Source: an uncultured Gemmatimonadaceae bacterium (GTDB taxonomy: Bacteria > Gemmatimonadota > Gemmatimonadetes > Gemmatimonadales > Gemmatimonadaceae). From it: 64,000 nucleotides of DNA. The position numbers were made by a program, and so were the translations under genes. The DNA is taken from positions 2,912,001 through 2,976,000 of the forward strand of contig OY970320.1 in the NCBI GenBank assembly GCA_963716745.1, in the 5' to 3' direction. The notes under the pieces are model-generated. The model worked only from the letters and a program-made list of their open reading frames with translations. It was not told the DNA's origin and searched no databases. Shown piece by piece: positions 1-10,334 of the stretch (its first letter is position 1; each line of letters begins with the position of its first letter).

Positions 1-4
1 CGAA

Positions 5-694
5 ATGACCGCGCGTCCGATCGCGGTGGTCACGGGCGCATCGCGCGGGATCGGCCGCGCGGTGGCGCTGCGGCTCGCCGAGCGCTGGGACATCGTGGCG
101 CTCGCGCGCACGAAGAGCGCGCTGGATTCGCTCGCGCAGGAGATCGCGAAAGCCGGAGGGAAGTGCCGCGCCGTTGAGGCCGACCTGGCCGATGATGCGT
201 CGGTGAACAAATCGCTCGCGGGCATCGACGCCGAGGTGCTCGTGAACAATGCCGGCGTCGGCACGCTCAAGCCGCTGCTCGATCTCACGCGTGCCGAATG
301 GCGCGAGATGATCGACGTGAACTTGAACTCGCTCTACACGACCACGCACGCGCTGCTCCCTGGCATGATCGCCCGGAAACGCGGCTTCATCGTGATGATC
401 GGCTCCCTCGCCGGCCGCAATCCATTCGCCGGCGGCACGGCCTACACTGCGACGAAACACGGCGTGATCGGATTCGCCGAGAGTCTGATGTTGGAAGTGC
501 GCGAACACAATGTTCGTGTCGCGACGATCATGCCCGGGTCGGTCGACACGCGCCTCAACACCAGCACCGGCGACAACAGCTGGAAGCTCACCGCCGCCCA
601 GGTCGCGGACGCCGTCTGGTTCGCCGTGACGCAACCAGAGAACGCGCTCATCTCCCGCATCGAAATGCGCCCCGCGATCGCGCCAAGAAAGTAG
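5..694 (+). CDS. SDR family NAD(P)-dependent oxidoreductase
   Basis: TGASRGIG Rossmann motif, NNAG, catalytic YTATK (YxxxK). Confidence 0.93.
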   Translation: MTARPIAVVTGASRGIGRAVALRLAERWDIVALARTKSALDSLAQEIAKAGGKCRAVEADLADDASVNKSLAGIDAEVLVNNAGVGTLKPLLDLTRAEWREMIDVNLNSLYTTTHALLPGMIARKRGFIVMIGSLAGRNPFAGGTAYTATKHGVIGFAESLMLEVREHNVRVATIMPGSVDTRLNTSTGDNSWKLTAAQVADAVWFAVTQPENALISRIEMRPAIAPRK

Positions 695-772
695 TTCGTG
701 CGCTCTGGGCTCGCGCGGACTGCTTCCCATGCGCGCAAGCTCGCGAGGCCACCCCGCTGCGCGGCCGCCCAC

Positions 773-1023
773 GCGCTTACACGCTTCGAGCCTCGCGCAT
801 AACGACGCGCGAGTCTCTCGCTACGCGCGATGGCGGCTGCTCGGGGATGGCCTCGCTCGCATTGCTCCGTGAACGGCATGCGCCGGTCGGGCGCGCGCGA
901 ACTCACTCTCCTCGCGCTGTCGTTTGAGATCGATGGAGAGGCGAGTGGGGCGCTCCCGGAGGCGCCCCGGCGCGTAGCGAGAGACTCGCGCGCGGTTGCG
1001 CGAGGCTCGAAGCGTGTAAGCGC
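773..1023. repeat. Inverted repeat pair (~55-bp arms), REP/MITE-like family A
   Basis: 773-828 GCGCTTACACGCTTCGAGCCTCGCGCA..CGCGCGAGTCTCTCGCTACGCGC is the near-perfect reverse complement of 970-1023. Confidence 0.9.
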
Positions 1024-1115
1024 CAGGGCGCTGGAGGAGCGTCCCGCTCGCCTCGCCCACCCGCGATGATCTAAAAGCTCCCGGAGCGTGCTAGTGGAGA
1101 TATCCTCGCGCTGGA

Positions 1116-1890
1116 TTAGCGTCCCGAGTGCCGACGGGATGATGTGCCATGCGACGTAGAACACCACGCGCAGGAGAACAGCGGCGCCGAAGCCCGCGCG
1201 GCGGAAGGTCCAGACTTGAGCGAGGTTGAGCGCGTAGTCCTGCGTGAAGATCACCGCGGTCATGAGCCCGTGTCCCGGCATGCTCAGGTCCTGCGTGACC
1301 GGTTCGATCAGGGCGCACAGCGCGCCGATCACCCAGAAGCTCTCCGTCTGCCAGCGGCCGCGCGTCGCGTACGACACGAGGAACATCAGCAGCGGGATGG
1401 GCACCAAGTAGTAGATGATATCCACGATCGCGGCGCCGCCGGGATATATGATCGCCGACGCGGGGAAGGCGATGTTGATCGTCTTGAGCCCGAGCGCCGC
1501 CGCTTCCATCGCGCTCCATCCCGTCGCGTTATCGATGAGCAATGCGACGATGCCGAGCGCCGCGCCGATCGCGGCGGGGATTACGATGCGATCCCGCAGC
1601 GACACGCGCGGGTCCCAGGTCTCGGGGAACCCCGTGCGCGCGGCGCACCACACGCCGAGCGCGCCCAGTACCGCGAGCGCGCCGATGAACCACCATTGGA
1701 ACACTTTCGTCTGCGATGCCGACACGAACATCGCCGGCCACACATTCGACACGAGCACTTTGATCAGGGCGAGTCCCGCGATGATGACGAGGAACGCGGC
1801 CGCCGAGCGCGGCACATTCGGCCGCGCCGATGGCAGCGCGGGTGCCGTGTTCACCATGGCGGGATCGAGCGTCCGTTCGGAATGCACCAC
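1116..1890 (-). CDS. Multi-pass membrane protein (possibly CPBP/CAAX-protease-like); 3' end uncertain
   Basis: About 7 hydrophobic helices in the first ~255 aa of ORF 442..1890; the rest reads through the repeat element and is not protein-like; an out-of-frame TAA at 1116-1118 may be the true stop. Confidence 0.6.
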
Positions 1891-1961
1891 GCGACAACAC
1901 CGGGATCGAGGTATCCCAACTTACGACTCCGCACCGGACGTGGTTTCGCATAACTTCCAGC

Positions 1962-2372
1962 ATGACCTCTCCCGCCCCGATCCCCGGCGCCCGCCCTGTG
2001 CTCTGCGTGATGAGCGATCTCATGTTCCGCTCGCGCATCGACGACGTGACGACGCGATTAGGCCTCCCGCTGCGCGCCGCGAAGAGCATGGAGCAGCTCG
2101 AGCGCCACTTGGCGAACGGATCACCGGCGATCGCGATCGTGGACCTCGAAAATGACTCCCTCGATCCCTCCGCCGCCATCCAGCGCCTCCGCGCGCTGCC
2201 AGATGGCGCCGCGTTGCCGATCGTAGGCTACTCCGGCCACACGAATACAGAGGCACTCGCCGCCGGCCGCGCCGCGGGCGCCGGCGTGGTGCTGGCGCGC
2301 TCCGCGTTCACCGCGCAGCTCGCCAAGCTGCTCGAGCGCATCGCCGAGTCCGAGCGCGCGCGCTCCGCGTAG
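1962..2372 (+). CDS. Stand-alone CheY-like receiver-domain protein (atypical)
   Basis: IAIVDLE (phospho-acceptor Asp position), PIVGYSGH, AGAGVVL pattern; TAACTT -10-like hexamer 5 nt before ATG. Confidence 0.7.
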   Translation: MTSPAPIPGARPVLCVMSDLMFRSRIDDVTTRLGLPLRAAKSMEQLERHLANGSPAIAIVDLENDSLDPSAAIQRLRALPDGAALPIVGYSGHTNTEALAAGRAAGAGVVLARSAFTAQLAKLLERIAESERARSA

Positions 2373-2459
2373 GCCGACGCGCCGCCCTCAGAGCCGGCGC
2401 AGTTGCCGTTCACGATCCAAAGGAGCGGAGTCGCCCCCGGCGCAGCCGCGATAGCGAAA

Positions 2460-2498
2460 AGCGAGAGACTCGCGCGCGGTTGCGCGAGGCTCGAAGCG
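2460..2498. repeat. Third copy of the family A repeat arm
   Basis: AGCGAGAGACTCGCGCGCGGTTGCGCGAGGCTCGAAGCG is identical to the core of the 970-1023 arm. Confidence 0.9.
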
Positions 2499-2607
2499 GT
2501 TTGAGCGAAAGCGGCCTAGCCGGGGGCGGCTCCGCGACGTTCCGCGCGAGAAACCAGAGTCCCCCCACTCTGGCTTGCAACGCGTCGAACGACGTAGATT
2601 TCCCCTC

Positions 2608-3955
2608 GTGACCCCGGAGAAAGCGAAGCCCACCCCCGACGCGTCAGTCCGCGAGTTGATGGTCGTGCGCGAGATCGCGCACGCGTTCCTCACCGCCGAC
2701 CGGCCCGAAGAGGTCTTCCAGTTCGCGCTCGAACGCGTGAGCCCGCTCGTCGGCGCCACCTTCGCGTCCATCTACCTCATCGAGCCCGGCGACGAGCAGA
2801 TGCGCCTCGCCGCCGCCTATAACTGGCCCGAGAAATTCCGCCCATTCCTCGGCGAGATGCGCGTGAAGGTCGGGCTCGGCCCCAGCGGCGAAGCGGTGAG
2901 CGAGCGTCACGCCATCACGATCCCCAATGTCTTCGCCGACGAGACGCTCAGCGACTGGCAGGAAGTCGCGAAGGAACTCGGCTTCCGCGCGCTCGTGGCG
3001 CTGCCGCTCTCGATCGCGGGGCACTGTGCTAGGCGCGGTCACGTTCTATTTCGCCGAGACCGGCGGACTCACGCCGGAGCGGAGCGGACTGCTGCAGATC
3101 GTCGCCGACCAGATGGCGGCCACCACTGAGAAAGCCGCGCTCATCCAGCAGCTGCGCCGCACGAACGCCGCGCTTACCGAGTCGAATGCCGAACTCGAGA
3201 AGCAGTACCTCGCTGCGCTCGAGGCACGACGCATGAAAGATGAGTTCCTCGCAAACATCAGCCACGAACTCCGCACGCCGCTCACCGCGGTGCTCGGCTA
3301 CGCCGACCTCATGCAAGAGGGACTCTCGGGTCCGCTCACCGGCGAGCAGAGTTCCACGATCGAGCAGATGACCGGCGCGAGCCAGCGCTTGCTCGAGTTG
3401 ATCGACGATCTGCTGGAGCTCACCACGCTCAAGGGCGGGGAAGCGCGCCTCACGGTGGAGAGCTTCGACGCACGCGAGGCGATGAAGGATGCCCTCGCCG
3501 CCGCGCGCGAGCCGGCGCCGGGCGTGGTCGTGAAGCTCAAGATGTCGGAGAGCGACGCCATCTGGATCCGCAGCGACCGGCGGAAGGTGGCCAAGATCCT
3601 CACCAGTCTGCTGAACAACGCCTTCAAATTCACCACGGAGGGCGACGTGCTGGCCGCGCTCGAAAGTCGCAACAATTCGGTGCGCTTCTCCGTACGGGAT
3701 ACGGGTATCGGGATCGACCCGGCCGCGCATGAAGTGGTGTTCGAAGAGTTCCGTCAGGCCGACGGATCCGCGACACGACGCTTCGGAGGTTCAGGGCTCG
3801 GTCTCGCGCTCTCGCGCCAGCTGGCGCGACTGCTCGGCGGCGACATCACGCTGGAATCGGCGCCGAGTTCCGGATCGCAATTCACGCTGTCACTCCCTGT
3901 GGAATACGCGCCCGCGCCATCGAACGCGAACCGTCAACCAGTCGAGCTGAGATGA
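2608..3955 (+). CDS. GAF-domain sensor histidine kinase (one frameshift near 3018-3021)
   Basis: GAF domain in ORF 2575..3129; H-box FLANISHELRTPL, N-box LLNNAFKFT, G-boxes DTGIG and GGSGLGL in ORF 2927..3955; removing one G from the GGGG run joins them. Confidence 0.9.
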
Positions 3956-4233
3956 TCCAGGAGATCCGGACAGCCATGTCGCCCGCGGAGGTGCTTGCCG
4001 CCGCGAAGGAATTCTTCCCGTCGCGCAGCGCGATCTACGCCGCATTCCTCGAGAAGGAAGGGCCGGGCTACGCGACGTTCCGCGGCTCGTGCGGCGAGGA
4101 GATCGTGATCGGTGCCGCGACGGTGGACGGCGTGACCGTCGCGCGTGGCTCCACGTATCTCTACGACCAGCAGGTCGGGCGCTTCTTCACCGCGCTCCGG
4201 CCCATGCCGCTCGCCGAGTCGGACGTCGGATGA
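3952..4233 (+). CDS. Small hypothetical protein
   Basis: ATGA overlaps with both neighbours; protein-like composition. Confidence 0.7.
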   Translation: MIQEIRTAMSPAEVLAAAKEFFPSRSAIYAAFLEKEGPGYATFRGSCGEEIVIGAATVDGVTVARGSTYLYDQQVGRFFTALRPMPLAESDVG

Positions 4234-4550
4234 CGGCGCCCTTCGTCACCACGCTGCGCGCGCGTCCCGGTACGATCGTGCTCGGCGCCGCGCCCGGCGC
4301 GCTCGTGCTTCGCGTGGAGATGCCCGAGACCTGGGATGTGGTGCGCCTCACCGCACAGCCGTCGGACACGGTGCTTGCCGTGAAGATCGGCGCGCTCGCC
4401 GCGATGATGCCCGGTGCCGACCATCGCCGCTGGGTGATGAAGCTGCGCGGCGCCGAGATCGGCGCCGAGAGCCAGACGCTGCAGGAGATCAACGCACGCA
4501 GCGGTTCGACTTTCCTGCTCACACACCGGCGCCGCCGGGCGGTTCGTTGA
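4230..4550 (+). CDS. Ubiquitin-like (beta-grasp, YukD/EsaB-like) protein
   Basis: LRVEM..VRLTAQPSDTVLAVK..WVMKLRGAEI..SQTLQEINARSGSTFLL mirrors ubiquitin LEVEPSDTIENVK..LIFAGKQL..TLSDYNIQKESTLHL; no C-terminal GG. Confidence 0.7.
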   Translation: MTAPFVTTLRARPGTIVLGAAPGALVLRVEMPETWDVVRLTAQPSDTVLAVKIGALAAMMPGADHRRWVMKLRGAEIGAESQTLQEINARSGSTFLLTHRRRRAVR

Positions 4551-5557
4551 CCGCCGTTCCCGCACTCAAGCGCGAGGCGTTGGGCGAGGCCGCGGTGCGG
4601 TTGCGCCGCGAAGTCGCGCGCCGGATCGTCGGGCAGGATCAGGTGGTGGAAGAGATCCTCATGGCGATGCTCGCCGGCGGACACGCGCTGCTCGTGGGCG
4701 TGCCGGGGCTCGCGAAAACGCTATTGATCCGCTCGATCGCCGAAGCGATGCAGCTCGATTTCCGCCGCATCCAGTTCACGCCCGATCTGGTGCCGAGCGA
4801 CATCACCGGCACCGAGATCATGGAGGAGGACACCGCGAGCGGCGCGCGCGAGTTCCGTTTCGTGCGCGGCCCCGTGTTCGCGAACATCGTGCTGGCCGAC
4901 GAGATCAACCGTACGCCGCCGCGCACGCAGGCCGCGATGCTCGAGGCGATGCAGGAACATTCGGTGACCGTCGCGGGCGAGACGATGAAACTGCCCGAAC
5001 CCTTCTTCGTGCTCGCGACGCAGAATCCCATTGAGCAGGAAGGCACGTATCCGCTGCCGGAAGCGCAGCTCGACCGCTTCCTGTTCGACGTGCGCATCGG
5101 CTATCCGAGCGCGGATGAGGAAGTGGCGATCCTGCGCGCCACTACCGGCGCGAACAAGGTGGATCTCGCGCCCGTGCTCGACGCCGAGCAAACACTCGGC
5201 CTGCAACGGCTCACGCGCGAGATGGCGGCCGCCGAGCCGGCGCTGCGCTACGCGGCGGCGCTCGCGCGCGCGACGCGCCCCGACGGCATCGACACGCCCG
5301 ATCTCGTGAAGCGCTACGTGCGCTGGGGCGCCGGCCCGCGCGCCGGCCAGGCGTTGATCCTCGGCGCCAAGGCGCACGCGATGCTCGCCGGCCGCTTCGC
5401 GATCGCGCCCGAGGACATCCGCCGCGTCGCGCATCCGGTGCTGCGGCACCGCGTGCTCCCGAACTTCGCCGCGGAGGCGGAAGGGGTGACGGCCGAGCGG
5501 CTCATCGACGACATTCTCGAGCGAGTCCCGCCGCCGCGGAGCGACATCAAGCTCTAG
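4547..5557 (+). CDS. moxR: MoxR family AAA+ ATPase
   Basis: Walker A GVPGLAKT, RIQFTPDLVPSD, Walker B LADEINRTPP, ATQNPIEQEGTYPLPEAQLDRF; TTG start overlaps upstream TGA. Confidence 0.95.
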   Translation: MTAVPALKREALGEAAVRLRREVARRIVGQDQVVEEILMAMLAGGHALLVGVPGLAKTLLIRSIAEAMQLDFRRIQFTPDLVPSDITGTEIMEEDTASGAREFRFVRGPVFANIVLADEINRTPPRTQAAMLEAMQEHSVTVAGETMKLPEPFFVLATQNPIEQEGTYPLPEAQLDRFLFDVRIGYPSADEEVAILRATTGANKVDLAPVLDAEQTLGLQRLTREMAAAEPALRYAAALARATRPDGIDTPDLVKRYVRWGAGPRAGQALILGAKAHAMLAGRFAIAPEDIRRVAHPVLRHRVLPNFAAEAEGVTAERLIDDILERVPPPRSDIKL

Positions 5558-5559
5558 CC

Positions 5560-6426
5560 GTGCCACTCGCGACGAGTTACGGCGCCATGCTCGACGCGCT
5601 GCGCGGCGTGAGCTGGCCGGCGCGCCGCGTCGCGCGCGGAACGACCACCGGATCGCATCGTTCGCGGCTGCGCGGGGCGTCGCCCGAGTTCACGGAGTAT
5701 CGCCCATACCGTCAGGGCGACGACCCAAAGCTCATCGACTGGAAGCTGCTCGCGCGAACCGATCGCGTGTATCTGCGCATCACGACCGACCGCTCGACGC
5801 TGGGCACCATCGTGCTGCTGGATGCGTCGGCGAGCATGGCGTATCGCAGCGGACCGAACGCGAAGTGGGAGCAGGCGTGCCGGCTGGCGGTTGGACTCGT
5901 CGCGGTGGCGCACGCGTCGGGCGATCCCGTGGGGATCCTCGTGCCGTCGGCGGACGGACTGCGATTCCTCGCGCCTCGCACACGCCGCGGGGTGGTGGCA
6001 GAAGCGGCGCGTCTGCTCGCGGGGATAGCGCCCGCGGGGAATGAACCGTTGGCGCCGGCGTTCGCGCACGTGCGACCGGGATTCCGCATTGCTATCGTCT
6101 CCGATTTCCTTGGCGATGCCGACGCGCTGCTGCGCGCGTCGCACGAACGGATCATCGCGGGCGGAGAAGTGGACGCAGTGCACGTGGTGGCGCGTGAGGA
6201 ACTCGATCCGCCGGCCGCGCCGGCGATGGCCACCGATCCTGAATTGCCGGACATCAAGCGCGCGCTCGTAGAGACCACGCGTGAGGGCTACATGACCGCA
6301 TTCGCGGCGTGGCGCCTGGAGCTGGCGCGCGGCTGGCGCGACGCCGGCGCTGGCTTCACCGAGGTCGTGACCGACGAAGGGGCGGAGAACGCGGTGTTGC
6401 GCGTGGTGCGCGACGTGACGTCATGA
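5560..6426 (+). CDS. DUF58 (vWA-type MoxR partner) protein
   Basis: EFTEYRPYRQGDDPKLIDWK and LLDASASM motifs; follows moxR. Confidence 0.92.
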   Translation: MPLATSYGAMLDALRGVSWPARRVARGTTTGSHRSRLRGASPEFTEYRPYRQGDDPKLIDWKLLARTDRVYLRITTDRSTLGTIVLLDASASMAYRSGPNAKWEQACRLAVGLVAVAHASGDPVGILVPSADGLRFLAPRTRRGVVAEAARLLAGIAPAGNEPLAPAFAHVRPGFRIAIVSDFLGDADALLRASHERIIAGGEVDAVHVVAREELDPPAAPAMATDPELPDIKRALVETTREGYMTAFAAWRLELARGWRDAGAGFTEVVTDEGAENAVLRVVRDVTS

Positions 6427-7673
6427 ACTTTGCGGCGCCGGCGTTCCTTGCGGCGGGCATCGCCGCGGCGCTCGTGGTCGCGGCACTCCACTTCCTCGCG
6501 CGGCAACGCCCACGAAAGGCGGTGTTCCCAACGGCGCGGTTCATTCCGGATCGCTCGGCGCGCGCGCCGTCGCGCGCGCTCAAGCCGAGTGATCTGCTCT
6601 TGTTGTTGTTGCGCGCGGCCGCATTGATGCTGTTGGGCGCGGCGTTCGCTCGGCCAGCGTGGAGCACGGCGCATTCGGGAACGGCGCGAGTGGTGCTGGT
6701 GGATCGCTCGCGGGCCGTGGCCAACGCGACGGAGGCGCGCGACTCGGCGACGGCCGCCCTGCGCGACGGCGATGCGTTGGTGTTGTTCGATTCCGGCGTG
6801 GTCGTTGTCCCGAAGGATTCGCTGAGCGCGATGCGCACGACCGCCGCTCGCGGTTCGATCTCGGCGGCGCTAGTGACCGCGCACCAAGCGGCGGCGAACC
6901 TCGCGGAGCGTTTCGATTCCGTGGAGCTGGTGATCGTGTCGCCGATCGTGCGCGAGGAGGTCGATGCGGCGTCCCTGGATATTCGGGGCACATGGCCGGG
7001 GCGGGCGAGGGTCGTGCGGCTGAAGGCGGCGGCATTTGACTCCACGAGACGCGGTGCGACGGTGCGCGGCGACGCAGCCGATGCTCTGGTGAGCTCGGGA
7101 CTCGGGACTCGGGACTCGGGCGGAGGGGCGCGTGTGGTGCGTGGAACGGCGTCGCGCAGCGACAGCATTTGGGCGAGCGACTCAGCTGGCGTGCTCGTTC
7201 TCTGGCCCGCGGCACTCGGCGTGCCGCACGACACCATCGGTGCCGTCGCCATGGGCGACGACGTCGTAGTCTCGGCATTCGCGCGCAGCGCGAATGTCGC
7301 CGTCGAGTCCCGAGTCCCGAATCCCGAACCGATCGCGTTCTTTGCCGATGGGGTCCCCGCTGCACTCGAGGCTCGCACGAAATCCGGTTGTATTCGAAAC
7401 GTCACCATCCCGATTCCCGCCGCCGGCGACCTCGTCCTTCGCGAGAGCTTCCGCCGTCTGTTCAACGGCCTCACCGGCCCCTGCGGCGGCGCGCGCGATC
7501 TGCGGCCGGCACCGGATTCGGTCGCCTCGCAGCTCGCCGCATTCGGCGCACTCGCGAGCGCCCGCACTTGGAATCGCGATGACAGTCGCACGCCCCCGCT
7601 CGCGCGCTGGTTCCTCGTCGCGGCGGCGGTGCTGCTGGTCGCCGAACCGTTCCTGCGCCGGAGGGCCGCCTGA
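6423..7673 (+). CDS. BatA N-terminal domain / vWA-like membrane protein
   Basis: MNFAAPAFL..LHFL..FPTARF..LLLLLR..AFARP BatA signature, VVLVDRS, C-terminal TM helix. Confidence 0.85.
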   Translation: MNFAAPAFLAAGIAAALVVAALHFLARQRPRKAVFPTARFIPDRSARAPSRALKPSDLLLLLLRAAALMLLGAAFARPAWSTAHSGTARVVLVDRSRAVANATEARDSATAALRDGDALVLFDSGVVVVPKDSLSAMRTTAARGSISAALVTAHQAAANLAERFDSVELVIVSPIVREEVDAASLDIRGTWPGRARVVRLKAAAFDSTRRGATVRGDAADALVSSGLGTRDSGGGARVVRGTASRSDSIWASDSAGVLVLWPAALGVPHDTIGAVAMGDDVVVSAFARSANVAVESRVPNPEPIAFFADGVPAALEARTKSGCIRNVTIPIPAAGDLVLRESFRRLFNGLTGPCGGARDLRPAPDSVASQLAAFGALASARTWNRDDSRTPPLARWFLVAAAVLLVAEPFLRRRAA

Positions 7674-9725
7674 GCGCGCGGGCGCGGGTCGCGAGCGCGC
7701 GATGGCTGCTCGGCTCCGCCGCGCTCGCGAGCAGCGGGCTCTGGGCGCTCGTCGTGTACGCGCTGACGCGATCGACGATGCGGCTCGTCTCCATCTGCAG
7801 CGATCAAGGACCGCACCGGGATTCTCTGCGCCTGCTCGCGATGGCGCTCATGATCGGCACGTTGGTCTTCGCGCTCTGGCGATCGCACCGTGCCTGGTCG
7901 CGCGATGCGGTCGCGCTCTGGCTGGAGGAGCGCGCGCCGTCCATGCGCTACGCGCTCGTCACGGTGGTGGAACAGCCGGCCGTGACCAGCGCGGCGGAGC
8001 TGGAGCGCGCAGTCGAGACAGGTGCGGTTCGCGCCGCTGATCGCGAGAGAATTCCTCCGGAGCATCGGGCATCCCGCTGCTCATGCTGGCTGGCGCGATG
8101 ACCCTCTGGTTCTCGATCCCGCGTCCGCGCTGCGTCGACACCGGCCGGCCCCTCGGCGTGGGCGCGGGCCAATCTCCGGCCGGCTCCGCGCTGAATCGCC
8201 TAGTGCCGCTCCGTGCCACGGTCACGCCGCCGGCGTACGCGGGACTGACGGAGCGCACCTTCGAAGAGCCCAGCTCGATCCCAGGCCTCGTTGCGAGCCG
8301 CGTCTCCATCTCGGGAAAGGGCGCTGCCGCCGGGATCTCGGTGCGTCTCGATACGCACATCGATCCCGGTCACGGGCGACGATGGCCGTTGGCGCGCAGA
8401 ATTCCGCATGCCCGCGAAGGCCACCGCGCTCTCGCTCGCGGACCGCACCTTCCACCGTCTCGTGATCCTCGAGCCGCGCCCCGATTCCGCGCCCGTGGTC
8501 ACGTTGCTCGCGCCGATGCACGACACGGTGTTCCGCACGCCCTCGGGTTCGCTCGCACTCAGCGCCGAAGCGCGCGATGACTTCGGGCTCGCCGACGCGT
8601 GGCTCGAGTACATCATCAGCTCGGGCGAAGGGGAGAGCTTCACCTTCCGCAGCGGCGTCATCGGCCGCGTGGATTCGAAGAATTCGCGCACGGCTTCGGT
8701 GCAGGGAACGCTACGCCTCGACGATCTCAAGTTGAGGCCCGGCGACATCGTGCACATCCGCGCGGTCGCGCGCGATCTGAACAATGCCACGGGCCCCGAC
8801 ACCGGCGCCTCCGAAACACGCACGCTGCGCGTCGCGCGCAAAGACGAGTACGACTCCGTGGCTGTAGAAGGCGCGCCACCGCCGGACGCCGACAAATCGG
8901 TGCTCAGCGAGCGCATGCTCATCATGATGACCGAGGACCTCGAGCGCCGCCGCCCGAAGCTCGCGCGCGACGCCGTCGTCGCCGAGTCGCGCAGTATCGG
9001 GCGCGATCAGACGCGGCTTCGCAAGGAAGTCTCCCGCATCATCTTCGCGCGACTCGGCGCGGGGAGCGAGAGCGAGGAGTCCAACGCGAGCGACGACGAC
9101 ACGCAGGGCAAGATGACGCCCGACCAACTGCTCGCCGCCGCTGACTCCGCCACGAACCAGAGCGCCGGCACGCTCGAAGGCGAGGGCGACGAGACGCCCA
9201 TTGTCGCGCTCAATCGCCCGCTGCTCGAAGCGTACAACGCGATGTGGGATGCGAGCACGCGGCTCGAACACCGGCGAGCCCGGCGAAGCGCTTCCCTACA
9301 TGCGCGCGGCGCTCGCCGCGATCCAGCGCGCGCGCGCGGCGGAGCGGTTGTATCTGCGCGGCCGCACGCCGCCGGCGGTGGTGGACCTCCAGAAGGTGCG
9401 GCTCGCCGGCAAGCGCGACAATGCGACGGCCGCGATGCGTGCGCCGCGCAACGCGCTCGACACGACCGCCGCGCGCCGCGTGCGCCGTCTGAACGCGGCG
9501 CTCTCGCTGCTCGGCGAGCACGCGCAGGCCGCGATCGATTCGCTGCAACTCCTGCGCGTGGATGCCATCGCGCACGATCCGGCGCTCGCCGCAGCGCTCG
9601 GCCCGGTGATCGACTCGGCGCGCACGGGCGGGAATTCGGCCGCGGCCATCGCACGCGCGCGGCGCGTCGCCGCCGGCGCGCCTGCCGTCGAGCGGAACGG
9701 CGTGAACTGGGAAGGCGCACCGTGA
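7670..9725 (+). CDS. Large membrane-anchored protein (DUF4175-like), broken by several frameshifts
   Basis: Segments WLEERAPSMRYALVT, VTPPAYAG, AEARDDFGL, LRPGD..RAVARD and EALPYMRAAL lie in different frames; start approximate. Confidence 0.65.
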
Positions 9726-10334
9726 CCGCATTCACCTTCGTCACCGTGCGCTATGAGTCGGGCGATTGGGACGCCGCGCCGCTCGTACCCGAGAACATCA
9801 TCGACACCATCGCGCGCTACACGTCCATCAAGGTGGAACCCGCGGGCGTCGTCGTGCCGCTCTCGTCGCCGGAATTGATGCGCTATCCGTTCGCGTTCCT
9901 CACCGGGCATCTCCCGGTGCGCTTCAGCACCGCGGAGCGCGACCAGCTGCGCGGCGTGGCTCGCGCGCGGCGGATTCCTGTTCGTGGACGATCACAACCA
10001 CGACATCGATGGCGCGTTCCATAAGAGCGTTACCGAGGAGATCGCGCGCACCGTGGGGCCATTGGTGGACGTGCCGAACGACAGCCCGCTGTATCGCGCG
10101 TTCTTCACGTTCCCCGACGGTCCGCCCGCCACGAGTCACGAACTCAACGGCTGGGGCGACAATCTCGTGCACAAGCATCTGCGTGCGGTGATGCGCGAGG
10201 GCCGGATCAGCGTGCTGTACAGCAACAAGGATTACAGCTCCGAGTGGGGATATCACGCCGACAACAAGCGTTTCCTCTCGGTGGACAACACGCGCTTCGC
10301 GGTGAACGTGGTGGTGTATGCCCTCACCAGCTGA
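9722..10334 (+). CDS. DUF4159 domain protein (frameshift near 9955)
   Basis: FTFVTVRYESGDWD..YPFAFLTGH then GGFLFVDD..FAVNVVVYALT in the next frame; typical MoxR-operon member. Confidence 0.85.

Noticed and set aside
442..1115. C-terminal 225 aa of the 482-aa minus-strand ORF
   Set aside because: Translates the repeat element and the antisense of the SDR gene; not protein-like
4230..4550. Bacterial ubiquitin conjugation or type VII secretion system
   Set aside because: No C-terminal Gly-Gly; no E1/E2/JAB, WXG100 or FtsK-like ATPase genes in the window
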